A stretch of 64,000 nt of DNA from a bacterium (GTDB taxonomy: Bacteria > Patescibacteriota > Minisyncoccia > Moranbacterales > UBA2206): positions 4,997 through 68,996 of the forward strand of contig JAJYDG010000001.1 in NCBI GenBank assembly GCA_021777675.1. Reading direction: 5' to 3'. Of this stretch, positions 1-8,898 are shown piece by piece. Within the stretch, counting starts at the first letter, position 1. Each line of letters opens with the position of its first letter. Below the pieces are notes generated by a model. The model did not search any database. It worked only from the letters and a program-made list of their open reading frames with translations, and was not told the origin of the DNA. The position numbers and the translations under genes are program-made.

Positions 1-278
1 AAGCTAGGGAAGCATTGGAAATGATTGATGTCGATCAGATTGGATTGGAGCCGGCGGATAAATACATTCTACGCACAATCATCGAGAAGTTTTCCGGTGG
101 TCCGGTTGGCCTTTCCACGATTGCCGCTGCCACGTCGGAAGAAATCAAAACCATTGAAGATGTTTATGAACCATATCTTTTACAAATCGGTTTTTTGGCT
201 CGCACACCAAGAGGAAGAATTGCCACAAAGTCAGCCTATGATCATTTGCGCATTGATTATCCGAACGATGATATTTAA
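1..278 (+). CDS. ruvB: Holliday junction DNA helicase RuvB, C-terminal fragment (5' end outside window)
   Basis: ORF 15-278 translation (…[40 protein letters not shown]…[13 protein letters not shown]…) matches the conserved RuvB C-terminal winged-helix region; reading frame is open from nt 1. Confidence 0.8.
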   Translation, partial: AREALEMIDVDQIGLEPADKYILRTIIEKFSGGPVGLSTIAAATSEEIKTIEDVYEPYLLQIGFLARTPRGRIATKSAYDHLRIDYPNDDI

Positions 279-308
279 AAACAATTAATTAATTTTTATT
301 TTTTATTT

Positions 309-548
309 ATGCTTCCAATTATTTATGGCGTCTACATTTTCGCGATTTTTATGCTTAGTCTAATTTGTTTTTTCATCATTTATCACTTAATTAAGTATTC
401 TATTAATGCTCGTTTTAGTCGACTGTTTTCTTTGTTTTTTGCGGTTACTTCTTTTATACTGATTGTTTCCAATATTATTTTGTTTTCCGCAATTGATTGG
501 AAAACAATCACATCAAGCGTTGCTTTTAATAATTTTAATTCTTTTTAG
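309..548 (+). CDS. small hydrophobic membrane protein (79 aa), unknown function
   Basis: ORF with 2-3 predicted TM helices immediately upstream of the PH-domain membrane protein; no recognisable motif. Confidence 0.35.
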   Translation: MLPIIYGVYIFAIFMLSLICFFIIYHLIKYSINARFSRLFSLFFAVTSFILIVSNIILFSAIDWKTITSSVAFNNFNSF

Positions 549-549
549 T

Positions 550-1137
550 ATGGAAAATTTCAATCAGTTTCATTTTAAAGGTCAAAAACCCGGTGAAACA
601 ATTTTAATGGTGATTCACCGTCATTGGTTTAATATTTTAAGTAAATTTTTTATATTATTCATCTTGCTGGTACTTTTGTTTTTTAGTTTTTTTTCCAATT
701 TTTTTATTCCAACCGCTCTTCTTAGCGATTCAAGCGCAAATTTGATTTCTTTTTTTCAAAATTCTTTTTTTATTTTTATTTGGCTATTTTTCTTTATTAC
801 TTGGATTGATTATTATTTTGACGTCTGGATTGTTACTAATGAAAGAATTGTTAATATCAACCAAAAAGGACTTTTTTCTCGCGAAGTCAGCGAATTGGAA
901 ATGGAAAAAATTCAGGATATTACCGTTGAAGTGCTTGGCATTATCCCGACTTTCTTCAACTACGGCAATCTCTATATACAAACAGCGGGAGAAACTGAAC
1001 GTTTTATTTTTGCCCGCGTTCCCAATCCATATGCAATAAAAGATCTGATTATGAATCTCCAAAAAGACTATGAAAAAGCGGAAGCGGAAAATCTCGGATC
1101 GGTCATTCGTAAAGAAATTCACGAGGAGTTGCAATAG
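550..1137 (+). CDS. bacterial PH-domain (YdbS/YdbT-like, bPH_2) membrane protein
   Basis: ORF track 463-1137; likely start is the internal ATG at 550 (MENFNQFHFKGQKPGETILMVIHRHWF…, typical bPH_2 N-terminus) followed by 2 TM helices and the conserved …YIQTAGE…F..V.NPY… region. Confidence 0.55.
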   Translation: MENFNQFHFKGQKPGETILMVIHRHWFNILSKFFILFILLVLLFFSFFSNFFIPTALLSDSSANLISFFQNSFFIFIWLFFFITWIDYYFDVWIVTNERIVNINQKGLFSREVSELEMEKIQDITVEVLGIIPTFFNYGNLYIQTAGETERFIFARVPNPYAIKDLIMNLQKDYEKAEAENLGSVIRKEIHEELQ

Positions 1138-1173
1138 TTTTTGGCTGTAAAATAAAAAGTGTAAAATAAAAAA

Positions 1174-3126
1174 ATGAAAACAAAAATAATTTTGCTTTTA
1201 GTTTTTGCTTTGCTTCTATTTGCGTTTTTTTTGAAAGAAAAAGTTTTTGCATCGGCTATTCCCATTATTATCAGTGCAATTCAAACAAGCGGAGACACAA
1301 CTGATGATGATTTTATAGAGCTCTATAATGATTCCTGTGAAGATATTGATTTATCAGGCTGGAAAATATTTAGAAAAACCAAGTCATCTACCAAGCAAAT
1401 ATCAATTGGAACACTAAAAAAAATTATTCCGGCTAAGGGATATTTTCTTTGGAAAAATACAACATCCAATACTAATGGAGGTCCTGATTATGCAACAAAA
1501 ACATATTATTTAGCAGATGATTATAGCATCGCTCTTTTTGACAAAACTGAAAAGCAAATAGATTCTATTACTTGGGGCGCCAACCAAAATCCATTTCCAA
1601 ACACAATTGCATATCCAGATAATTTAGATGATTTTGAAGTGCTAAAAAGAAATACCAGCAACAACTTATCTATTAAAAAAAATTATTCTCCAAAAAATTC
1701 ATCTTTTATTGAAACAACTGAAATTGCTTTGTGCCAAAAAAACGAGCCCCCGCAATTGCCAAAAACATATTCCGACAAAATAATTATTAGCGAACTTTTT
1801 CCTGCGCCGTCAAACAATTCCGGAAAAGAAGAATTCATTGAACTTTACAATCCGGATGAAAAAAACAATGATATTTCCGACTGGATTTTGCGCGACTCAT
1901 CAAAAAATGGAAAATATATTTTTCCCAAAAACACAAACATAAAAGCAAGTAACTTTTTTGTCGTCTATAAAAAAGATTTTAAATTCGCCTTGAATAATTC
2001 CGGCGGAGAAAAAGTTTCCCTCTTTGATCCGACAGAAAAAGAAATTGCGCAAGCCGGCTATTCTTCATCTGCCAAAACAGATTATGCCTATGCTTTTGAC
2101 GGATCCACTTGGCATTGGACGCCATATTACACTCCGGGAGAAGAAAATATTTTTGCGGAAATTATTTCCGGAGAAATCAAAAAAGATAAAAAAATTTACT
2201 CGGGCATATATGCAAATTTCGAAGCTGCCTCAGATAAAAAAGCCGAAAAATTCACTTGGGATTTTGGCGACGGACATAAAAGCTATTCAAGAAAAGCCAA
2301 ACACAAATATGAAAAATCCGGCGAATATAAAGCTAGCCTTAAAATTAGCGGAAACGGTGAAGATAACTTAATTGAATTTCAAGTTAAGGTGGAAAAATTC
2401 GGCAAACCAAAGGTGCGCATCATTTCCCTTTTCGCCAATCCTGCGGGAAAAGACACAAAAAACGAATGGCTGGAATTAATCAATAAAACCAATAAAAAAA
2501 TCAATCTCAAAAATTGGTCAATCGCTTCCGGATGGAAAAAACTCTATAACCATCCCGTTCGTGAAGATTTTATTTTAAAGCCCGGAAAAAGCAAAAAATT
2601 AATGAGTGATATCTGCGCTTTCAGTCTGGGAAATGAAAAATCAAAAATAGAATTGCGCTATCCTGATGGAAAAGTGGCGGACAAAATCAAATATAATCGG
2701 GAAAAAGATCCGATTTTGGAAGATGAACTCTATCAAAAAATTGAAAAATCCGGCTGGAGTTGGCACAAAATACAAACCGCAAAAACAACACCATCCGCGA
2801 CAAAAGATCTGCCCGAAGTTTTAAGCGATTCTGTTTCAACGGAAAATAATCCATCTAATATCGAGTTGCCAATAAATGTCCGTTCAACAAAAAATCCGAT
2901 TTGGGAAATCAAACAAAAGCGACAGATAGTATTGCTTTTTGCCAAAACAAAGATTGATCCGGAAAAATTTCTTGCAAAAAATCCGGGACTACTTTTAAAA
3001 ATCGCCATAACCACCCGCTTTTCAAATATTAGCACAAAAGAAAAAAAGACACCCTTATTTTTCTCGCCTTCTTTTTTTTGGAGAACAATCAATGCCCGAT
3101 TAAATCAACTTATTTTAAAATTTTAA
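1174..3126 (+). CDS. secreted lamin-tail-domain (LTD) repeat protein with a PKD domain
   Basis: N-terminal signal peptide; three LTD-like repeats (…SGWKIFRKTKSS…, …DWILRDSSKNGKYIFP…, …NWSIASGWKKLYNHP…) and a PKD-like segment (FTWDFGDGHKS…YEKSGEYKASLKISGNG). Confidence 0.7.
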   Translation: MKTKIILLLVFALLLFAFFLKEKVFASAIPIIISAIQTSGDTTDDDFIELYNDSCEDIDLSGWKIFRKTKSSTKQISIGTLKKIIPAKGYFLWKNTTSNTNGGPDYATKTYYLADDYSIALFDKTEKQIDSITWGANQNPFPNTIAYPDNLDDFEVLKRNTSNNLSIKKNYSPKNSSFIETTEIALCQKNEPPQLPKTYSDKIIISELFPAPSNNSGKEEFIELYNPDEKNNDISDWILRDSSKNGKYIFPKNTNIKASNFFVVYKKDFKFALNNSGGEKVSLFDPTEKEIAQAGYSSSAKTDYAYAFDGSTWHWTPYYTPGEENIFAEIISGEIKKDKKIYSGIYANFEAASDKKAEKFTWDFGDGHKSYSRKAKHKYEKSGEYKASLKISGNGEDNLIEFQVKVEKFGKPKVRIISLFANPAGKDTKNEWLELINKTNKKINLKNWSIASGWKKLYNHPVREDFILKPGKSKKLMSDICAFSLGNEKSKIELRYPDGKVADKIKYNREKDPILEDELYQKIEKSGWSWHKIQTAKTTPSATKDLPEVLSDSVSTENNPSNIELPINVRSTKNPIWEIKQKRQIVLLFAKTKIDPEKFLAKNPGLLLKIAITTRFSNISTKEKKTPLFFSPSFFWRTINARLNQLILKF

Positions 3127-3235
3127 GTTAGACATTTTGATTCTTTGACTTTTTTGTGCTATTGGCTGTATTATCTTATTAAAGCTGGTCCAGCTTGTCA
3201 TTTTTTTAAAACACTCAAAAAAAGGAGAAAAATTA

Positions 3236-3396
3236 TGACATTGACATTTGAAGAGAAAATCGTTCTTTTATTTTTTATTAACCTGATCACTGTTGTCATT
3301 TCTATTTTTGCCTTAAAAATGACCATTAAAATCTTTTACTCCGAAGAAGATTGCGATAACACTTCTGAATTAGAGTCAAAATCAGAAGGAAATTAA
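3236..3396 (+). CDS. small membrane protein (53 aa), hypothetical
   Basis: ATG at 3236 preceded by AAAAGGAGAAAAATT Shine-Dalgarno; single TM helix; followed by intrinsic terminator. Confidence 0.3.
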
Positions 3397-3423
3397 ATAA
3401 TGAACAACAAACAATTTAAGCTA

Positions 3424-3452
3424 AGCCAGGCATATTGATCCTGGCTTTTTTA
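3424..3452 (+). terminator. rho-independent terminator (AGCCAGG-N9-CCTGGCT + T-run)
   Basis: perfect 7-bp GC-rich stem followed by TTTTTTAT directly seen in sequence. Confidence 0.6.
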
Positions 3453-3534
3453 TTTATATTTTTTCTTGAGTTTCTCTTTTTTAAGTGCTAAACTAGAAAC
3501 AGTTAAGAAATAATTTTAATCCTATTTTAAAACT

Positions 3535-4251
3535 ATGTCCGGACATTCGCATTGGGCGGGAATAAAACAAAGAAAAGGCATAAACGACGCAAAACGCGGA
3601 AAGATTTTCACCAAATTTGGAAAATTGGTTACAATTGCGGCGCGTGATGGCGGAGGAAAAATTGAAACTAATTTTCAACTCAGAATGGCAGTTGATCGCG
3701 CGCGAGAAATGAATATGCCCAAAGAAAACATCGAAAGAGCAATCAAGCGCGGTACGGGAGAAATAAAAGGCGCAATGATTGAGGAAGTTCTCTATGAAGC
3801 AATCGGACCGGGTGAGCTTATGCTTCTTATTTCCTGTACAACCGACAATAAAAATCGAACGGTTTCTGAAATAAAAACGATTCTTACCAAAAATAATTCG
3901 AAATTAGGTGAAAAAGGCTCAGCAATGTGGAATTTCGAACAAGTCGGAAGTATTGGCATTGAAATTAAAGATGGGAATCTTGATGAAACCGAGATGCTCG
4001 CCATTGAACTTGGAGCAAAAGACACCGCATTGGAAGATGATTTATTGAATATCATTACGGAACCAAAAGATTTTGCCGGCATACGCCAAAATATTGAAAA
4101 CTCCGGCCTTAAAATTCTTGATTCCGGACTCATTTATTTACCCAAAACAACCATTACCGTCAATGAAAAAACTCGCTTAAGCATTGAAAATCTCATGGAA
4201 ATTCTTGATGATCACGATGATGTAAATGAAATTTATAATAACTTGGCATAA
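3535..4251 (+). CDS. yebC: YebC/PmpR family probable transcriptional regulator
   Basis: MSGHSHWAGIKQRKG…KRGKIFTKFGKLVTIAARDGGG… is the canonical YebC N-terminus; immediately upstream of ruvC as in many bacteria. Confidence 0.9.
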   Translation: MSGHSHWAGIKQRKGINDAKRGKIFTKFGKLVTIAARDGGGKIETNFQLRMAVDRAREMNMPKENIERAIKRGTGEIKGAMIEEVLYEAIGPGELMLLISCTTDNKNRTVSEIKTILTKNNSKLGEKGSAMWNFEQVGSIGIEIKDGNLDETEMLAIELGAKDTALEDDLLNIITEPKDFAGIRQNIENSGLKILDSGLIYLPKTTITVNEKTRLSIENLMEILDDHDDVNEIYNNLA

Positions 4252-4253
4252 CC

Positions 4254-4748
4254 ATGAAAATCCTCGGCATTGATCCAGGCACGGCCACAACCGGCTGGGC
4301 AATTATTGAAATTAAAGGCGATAAATTTATCCCCCTAGCCTTTGGACACATTAGCACATCAAAAGATAATAATGATGATGAACGCCTTTTAGAAATTTCC
4401 GACGACTTGGTAAAAATAATCCAAAAACATAATCCAGATGAAGCCGCTATTGAAAGTCTTTTCTTTTTCAAAAACCAAAAAACAGTTATCCAAGTCGCTC
4501 AATCCCGCGGAGCAATCCTCTTGACTTTAAGGCAAAATAATGTTAAAGTGTTTAATTACACACCCCTCCAAGTCAAGCAAGCATTAACCGGCTATGGACG
4601 AGCGGAAAAAAAACAAATGCAACTAATGGTAAAAAATATTTTACATTTAAAATCCTTACCCGAGCCTGATGACGTGGCTGATGCGCTAGCAATCGCTGTG
4701 TGCCACGCCAACAGTCGAATTTTAATTAATTTAAAAAATGCGTCATGA
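4254..4748 (+). CDS. ruvC: crossover junction endodeoxyribonuclease RuvC
   Basis: MKILGIDPGTATTGWAIIE… RuvC N-terminal catalytic motif; 164 aa. Confidence 0.9.
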   Translation: MKILGIDPGTATTGWAIIEIKGDKFIPLAFGHISTSKDNNDDERLLEISDDLVKIIQKHNPDEAAIESLFFFKNQKTVIQVAQSRGAILLTLRQNNVKVFNYTPLQVKQALTGYGRAEKKQMQLMVKNILHLKSLPEPDDVADALAIAVCHANSRILINLKNAS

Positions 4749-5410
4749 ATGAAATTAATTTCAATATCAGTCCTCTCTTGACTTTCTTTCTTAATGAGGG
4801 CGTGCCCTTTGAAACAATCAAATTAATTCTAATGCTTCCAATTATTGCAACATTAATCGCCTTCTTACGCCAAGTGGTTGGAATTAAAGCTTTTGGAATT
4901 TACACGCCATTGCTTGTTACTTTTGCTTTTTTAGCTACTAACGGATTGAGGTATGGAATTGCTATTTTCATCACTATCATCTTAATTGGAATGCTTACGA
5001 GAGTCGCACTTAAATCTTTTCGTCTGCTCTACCTCCCTCGCGTCGCTATCATGCTCACAATCGTCGCTCTTTCCATTCTTATAATGTTAGTTATTGGGGG
5101 CAGTCTTAAAAGAACGGGATTAGCTTCTGTTTCAATTTTCCCTATTCTCATTATGATTACATTGGTAGAGAAATTTATTGCCGTGCAAATTGAAAAAGGC
5201 GACCGCGCCGCCATTCTTTTGGCCGCTGAAACACTAATTATTTCCATTTTGGGATTTTATATTGCCAGCTGGGAAACTCTTGTTCATTTTATCGCTTTTT
5301 ATCCATGGATCATTCTTCTCACCATTCCTCTTAATATTATTTTAGGCAAATGGACGGGACTGCGACTTAGTGAATATTTTCGCTTTGGAGAAATAATAAA
5401 AAGAAAATAG
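4745..5410 (+). CDS. 7-transmembrane membrane protein (7TM_transglut-like module without a transglutaminase domain)
   Basis: 221 aa, seven predicted hydrophobic helices; start overlaps ruvC stop (ATGA); directly precedes a RimK-related ATP-grasp gene, the arrangement described for 7TM_transglut / alpha-L-glutamate-ligase-related gene pairs. Confidence 0.55.
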   Translation: MNEINFNISPLLTFFLNEGVPFETIKLILMLPIIATLIAFLRQVVGIKAFGIYTPLLVTFAFLATNGLRYGIAIFITIILIGMLTRVALKSFRLLYLPRVAIMLTIVALSILIMLVIGGSLKRTGLASVSIFPILIMITLVEKFIAVQIEKGDRAAILLAAETLIISILGFYIASWETLVHFIAFYPWIILLTIPLNIILGKWTGLRLSEYFRFGEIIKRK

Positions 5411-5414
5411 TTTT

Positions 5415-6842
5415 ATGTTTGATTTTTTAAAAAAATTTTCTATTTACCTAAATGCCCGCCGCGATATTCTTGGAATGAACGCTAGAAATTTGAAGTATAT
5501 TCGACCATATAATCGCACAAATGCCAAAAGAATTGCCGATGATAAATTACTCAGTAAACGCATCTTGAAAAAAAACGGAATTGCCGTTCCAAAATTAATC
5601 GGGAAAATTATTTCTCAAGAAAATTTGGATAATTTCAATTGGCAAACACTTCCCGATAGCTTCGTGTTAAAACCAAATAAAGGTTTTGGCGGTGAAGGTA
5701 TTATTGTTGTTTATGGTCGCAAAAAAAACAGTATGGACACATGGATTAAGGCTGATGGGTCATTGATTACGATTGAAGATCTAAAAAACCACGCCAGAAA
5801 CATCATTGATGGATCATATTCCCTGTCCGGCGTTCCCGATATTGCTTTTTTTGAAGAGCGTCTAAAACTTTTAAAACTCTTTAAGCCATACGCCTTTAAA
5901 GGCATTCCTGATATTCGCATTATTGTCTTTAATAAAATGCCTGTTATGGCAATGCTCCGCCTTCCCACAAAAGAATCTCATGGCAAAGCAAATCTCACGC
6001 AAGGAGCAATCGGAGTTGGAATTGATCTTGCGTCAGGAATTACCACTACCGCCGTTATGGGAAAACAAAAAATAATCGAGTATTTGCCGGGCACAAAATT
6101 ACTTCTTTCCGGAATTAAAATTCCCTATTGGACAGATATTCTAACCCTTGCTGTTCGTTCGCAAGAAATTTCGGGCTTAGGTTTTTTGGGTGCGGATATT
6201 GCCATCGACAAAGAATTAGGACCGGTTATTTTGGAATTAAACGCACGCCCGGGACTCGCCATTCAAATTGCCAATCTTGACGGGCTAAAGTGGCGACTAA
6301 AAAAAGCGGCCGGTATTAAAATTAAAACAGTCAAAAAAGGCATTCGTGTCGGCATGGATCTTTTTGGCGGTGAAATTGAAGAAGAATTGGAAGAAATTTC
6401 CGGAAAAAAAGTAATTGGAACAGTGGAAAAAGTGAAATTGATCGGAAAAGATGGCAAGGAAATTGAAGTGGAAGCAAAGATTGATACGGGGGCACATTCA
6501 ACTTCGATTGACACAGAAATTGCCAAAGAATTGGGGTTTGCAGGAGTTATAGAATTTTTTAATTCCTTAGAATTGCCAAAAAACTTTAAACGCGAGGATA
6601 TTAAACAAATCGAGGAGCACCTGCGAAAAAAATATATTCATCAGCATCCCGACCTAGCTGATATCTCCGCCATATATTCATCACATGGTGTTTCAATTAG
6701 ACCGAAAATAATACTTAAGTTGATTTTAAATAATATTGAGCTTGTCACGCAGGTAAACGTGACTGAAAGAAAAGAGTTAGCAAAAGAAATCATTGTTGGT
6801 CGAAAAAACTTAAATAAATTCTTAATTGATGTTTCCAAATAA
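5415..6842 (+). CDS. alpha-L-glutamate-ligase-related ATP-grasp protein fused to a C-terminal retropepsin-like (clan AA, DTGA) aspartic protease domain
   Basis: N-terminus MFDFLKKFSIYLNARRDILGMNARNLKYIRPYNRTNAKRIADDKLLSKRIL…GIAVP…FVLKPNKGFGGEGIIVV matches the RimK-related ligase (TIGR02291 / ATPgrasp_ST type) pattern; C-terminal third contains …KIDTGAHSTSIDTEIAKELG…, a clan AA aspartic protease (RimB / PF05618-like) active-site motif. Confidence 0.7.
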   Translation: MFDFLKKFSIYLNARRDILGMNARNLKYIRPYNRTNAKRIADDKLLSKRILKKNGIAVPKLIGKIISQENLDNFNWQTLPDSFVLKPNKGFGGEGIIVVYGRKKNSMDTWIKADGSLITIEDLKNHARNIIDGSYSLSGVPDIAFFEERLKLLKLFKPYAFKGIPDIRIIVFNKMPVMAMLRLPTKESHGKANLTQGAIGVGIDLASGITTTAVMGKQKIIEYLPGTKLLLSGIKIPYWTDILTLAVRSQEISGLGFLGADIAIDKELGPVILELNARPGLAIQIANLDGLKWRLKKAAGIKIKTVKKGIRVGMDLFGGEIEEELEEISGKKVIGTVEKVKLIGKDGKEIEVEAKIDTGAHSTSIDTEIAKELGFAGVIEFFNSLELPKNFKREDIKQIEEHLRKKYIHQHPDLADISAIYSSHGVSIRPKIILKLILNNIELVTQVNVTERKELAKEIIVGRKNLNKFLIDVSK

Positions 6843-7854
6843 GCATATGTTCACAAAATATTTCATAAAATTATCGACTACAAACATAAAAGACTTAAAG
6901 GGTTCTTCTTTTCAAATACTAAAATATGCCCTAAGTAGAGATATTGAAGTATATAGAGTTTTTTCTGACAAAAGAATTCTCGTCCTAAAAAAAGACTCAA
7001 AGCAAGTTTGGATAGACACCTCTCTCACTTCAAAAACAAATCCCGTAGGTATGAGAATAGCAAGAAATAAACATCTCTCAAAGAAATTTTTAAAAAAACT
7101 GGGGTATCCCGTCGCACCAAGCATAAACATGCAAAGTAATGACGACTGCACTCAAATCAGTAATCAAGCAATATCGGAAATAGGCTTTCCATTAGTGGTT
7201 AAGCCGCTAAGAGCTGCTGAGGGAAAGGGCATTACAACTAACATCAATAATAAAGATCTCCTTTTAAATTCGATTCAATCAGCTTTAAAATTTGATAAAA
7301 AAATAATGATCGAAAAACATATTGCCGGTGATTATTACAGAATAACTTATGTGGCAGATGGTGCCTATGCGGTTACAAAAAATCTTCCGGCATATATTAC
7401 TGGAAATAATTCCAACACCATCAGGGAGCTAATTTCAATAGAAAACATTAACAATAAAGAAAGACGCGGAAGGGGAAAATTAAAAAAAATTAAAATTTCA
7501 GAAAAAACTGAAAGATTTTTAGCATCTGCCGGATATACATTTGATTCAATTCTGCCTAAGAATATTAAAATACCTCTTTGCTTCAGCGGATTTGATGGTG
7601 GAGAATATATAAATGTGACAAAAAAAGCTCACCCGTATTTCATAGAAATAAGCAAACAAATATCTGAAAGCCTAGGCTTGCCAATAGTCGGCATTGATAT
7701 TGTCTCACAAGCTATAAATATTCATCCAAAATTAAACAATGGAGTTATAATTGAAATAAATGGCACATACCCAGATATTCTATTTCACAATAAACCAACT
7801 TACGGGGAGGCCACTAGCCTCATCCCTAATCTTATTGATTACTTGTTTTCTTAA
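6829..7854 (+). CDS. ATP-grasp ligase, cyanophycin-synthetase-like ATP-grasp domain (no Mur-ligase domain)
   Basis: …GFPLVVKPLRAAEGKGITTNINNKDLL…EKHIAGDYYRITYVADGAYAVTKNLPAYITGNNSNTIRELISIENINNKERRG…LGLPIVGIDIVSQ… parallels the CphA N-terminal ATP-grasp region; start ambiguous (ATG 6829 or 6847; ORF track used TTG 6826). Confidence 0.65.
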   Translation: MFPNKHMFTKYFIKLSTTNIKDLKGSSFQILKYALSRDIEVYRVFSDKRILVLKKDSKQVWIDTSLTSKTNPVGMRIARNKHLSKKFLKKLGYPVAPSINMQSNDDCTQISNQAISEIGFPLVVKPLRAAEGKGITTNINNKDLLLNSIQSALKFDKKIMIEKHIAGDYYRITYVADGAYAVTKNLPAYITGNNSNTIRELISIENINNKERRGRGKLKKIKISEKTERFLASAGYTFDSILPKNIKIPLCFSGFDGGEYINVTKKAHPYFIEISKQISESLGLPIVGIDIVSQAINIHPKLNNGVIIEINGTYPDILFHNKPTYGEATSLIPNLIDYLFS

Positions 7855-7879
7855 TTTTTTATTTTTAATCACCATTTCT

Positions 7880-8764
7880 ATGAAACTAAAATTTCTAATC
7901 GTTAGTTCGCGAATCAGCCAGCTCTCGCAAGATTTAATTGACGAAATACTAATAAAAGGGCATACTTTTGCATTTTCCACTACGCAAGATTTTATTTTCG
8001 AAATAGAAAATGGTCATTTTAAAGCAAGCACCCCAAATATTCCCAATCTTTTTGATTTTGATATATATATCCTAAGATCATTTTCCAAAAATATGGCCAA
8101 TTCCAAAATATTTACCGAGGAACTTAGATTAAAAAATAAAATAGTAATCGAAGAGTGTATTTCAGATAATTATATCAATAGTAAATTTGCAGAAGGCGTA
8201 CGCCTTACGCGTAGCGGTCTCAACTATCCGATTTCTTATCAAATTCCCAATATAGAAAATATTGAAAAAATTCCTGATAACATTTTTCCAGCAATAGTTA
8301 AACCAACCAATGGTTCCAGGGGTCGCAATATCTCAATAATTGAAAATAAGAAAGACCTTGCTAATTTTATACAAAAAAATCCCGAGGATCTCTTGGTACA
8401 AGAATATTTACCCATTGAATGGGATATTCGAATTTTTGTTGTTGGCAATAAAGTTTTGGGTGGAATAAAAAGATATGTTTTGGAAGGCGATTGTCGTTCC
8501 AACGCATCTTTAGGATCTCAAACTGAGCCTTTCGAAGTTGCGCCAGAAATTGAAGAAATAGCGCTAAAAGCCACAAAAACATTACACTATTCAGTTGCTG
8601 GCGTCGATCTTGCTTGGGCAAAAAATAAGCAAAATTGGTTTGTAATTGAAGTAAACATATCTCCCCAATGGCACGCATTTAAAGCTATAACCAAAATCAA
8701 TCCGGCTATTCATATTATTCAGCACGCGATTGATTTGTATGTCAAGAAAAACGCTCAGAAATAA
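7880..8764 (+). CDS. RimK-family alpha-L-glutamate ligase (ATP-grasp)
   Basis: ORF track 7760-8764; probable start ATG 7880 (MKLKFLIVSS…); …FPAIVKPTNGSRGRNISIIENKKDL…VQEYLPIEWDIRIFVVGNKVLGGIKRYVLEGDCRSNASLGSQTEPFE…AGVDLAW…FVIEVNISPQW typical RimK ATP-grasp core. Confidence 0.7.
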   Translation: MKLKFLIVSSRISQLSQDLIDEILIKGHTFAFSTTQDFIFEIENGHFKASTPNIPNLFDFDIYILRSFSKNMANSKIFTEELRLKNKIVIEECISDNYINSKFAEGVRLTRSGLNYPISYQIPNIENIEKIPDNIFPAIVKPTNGSRGRNISIIENKKDLANFIQKNPEDLLVQEYLPIEWDIRIFVVGNKVLGGIKRYVLEGDCRSNASLGSQTEPFEVAPEIEEIALKATKTLHYSVAGVDLAWAKNKQNWFVIEVNISPQWHAFKAITKINPAIHIIQHAIDLYVKKNAQK

Positions 8765-8898
8765 ATGCAAAAAATTTTCGCCTAAACAACAAAACTGAGA
8801 TTATTTTTTATATATTATATTTTACCCAGATCCCTATTGATTTTTTCCCGAAATTAGACTAAGCTATAGACACTTCAAGAATAGTTTAATTTTATTTT

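Noticed and set aside
463-549. Long N-terminal extension of the PH-domain membrane protein from the ORF-track start at 463
   Set aside because: The conserved bPH_2 N-terminus begins at the internal Met (nt 550), and the upstream in-frame region overlaps the preceding small ORF. The shorter start is preferred.
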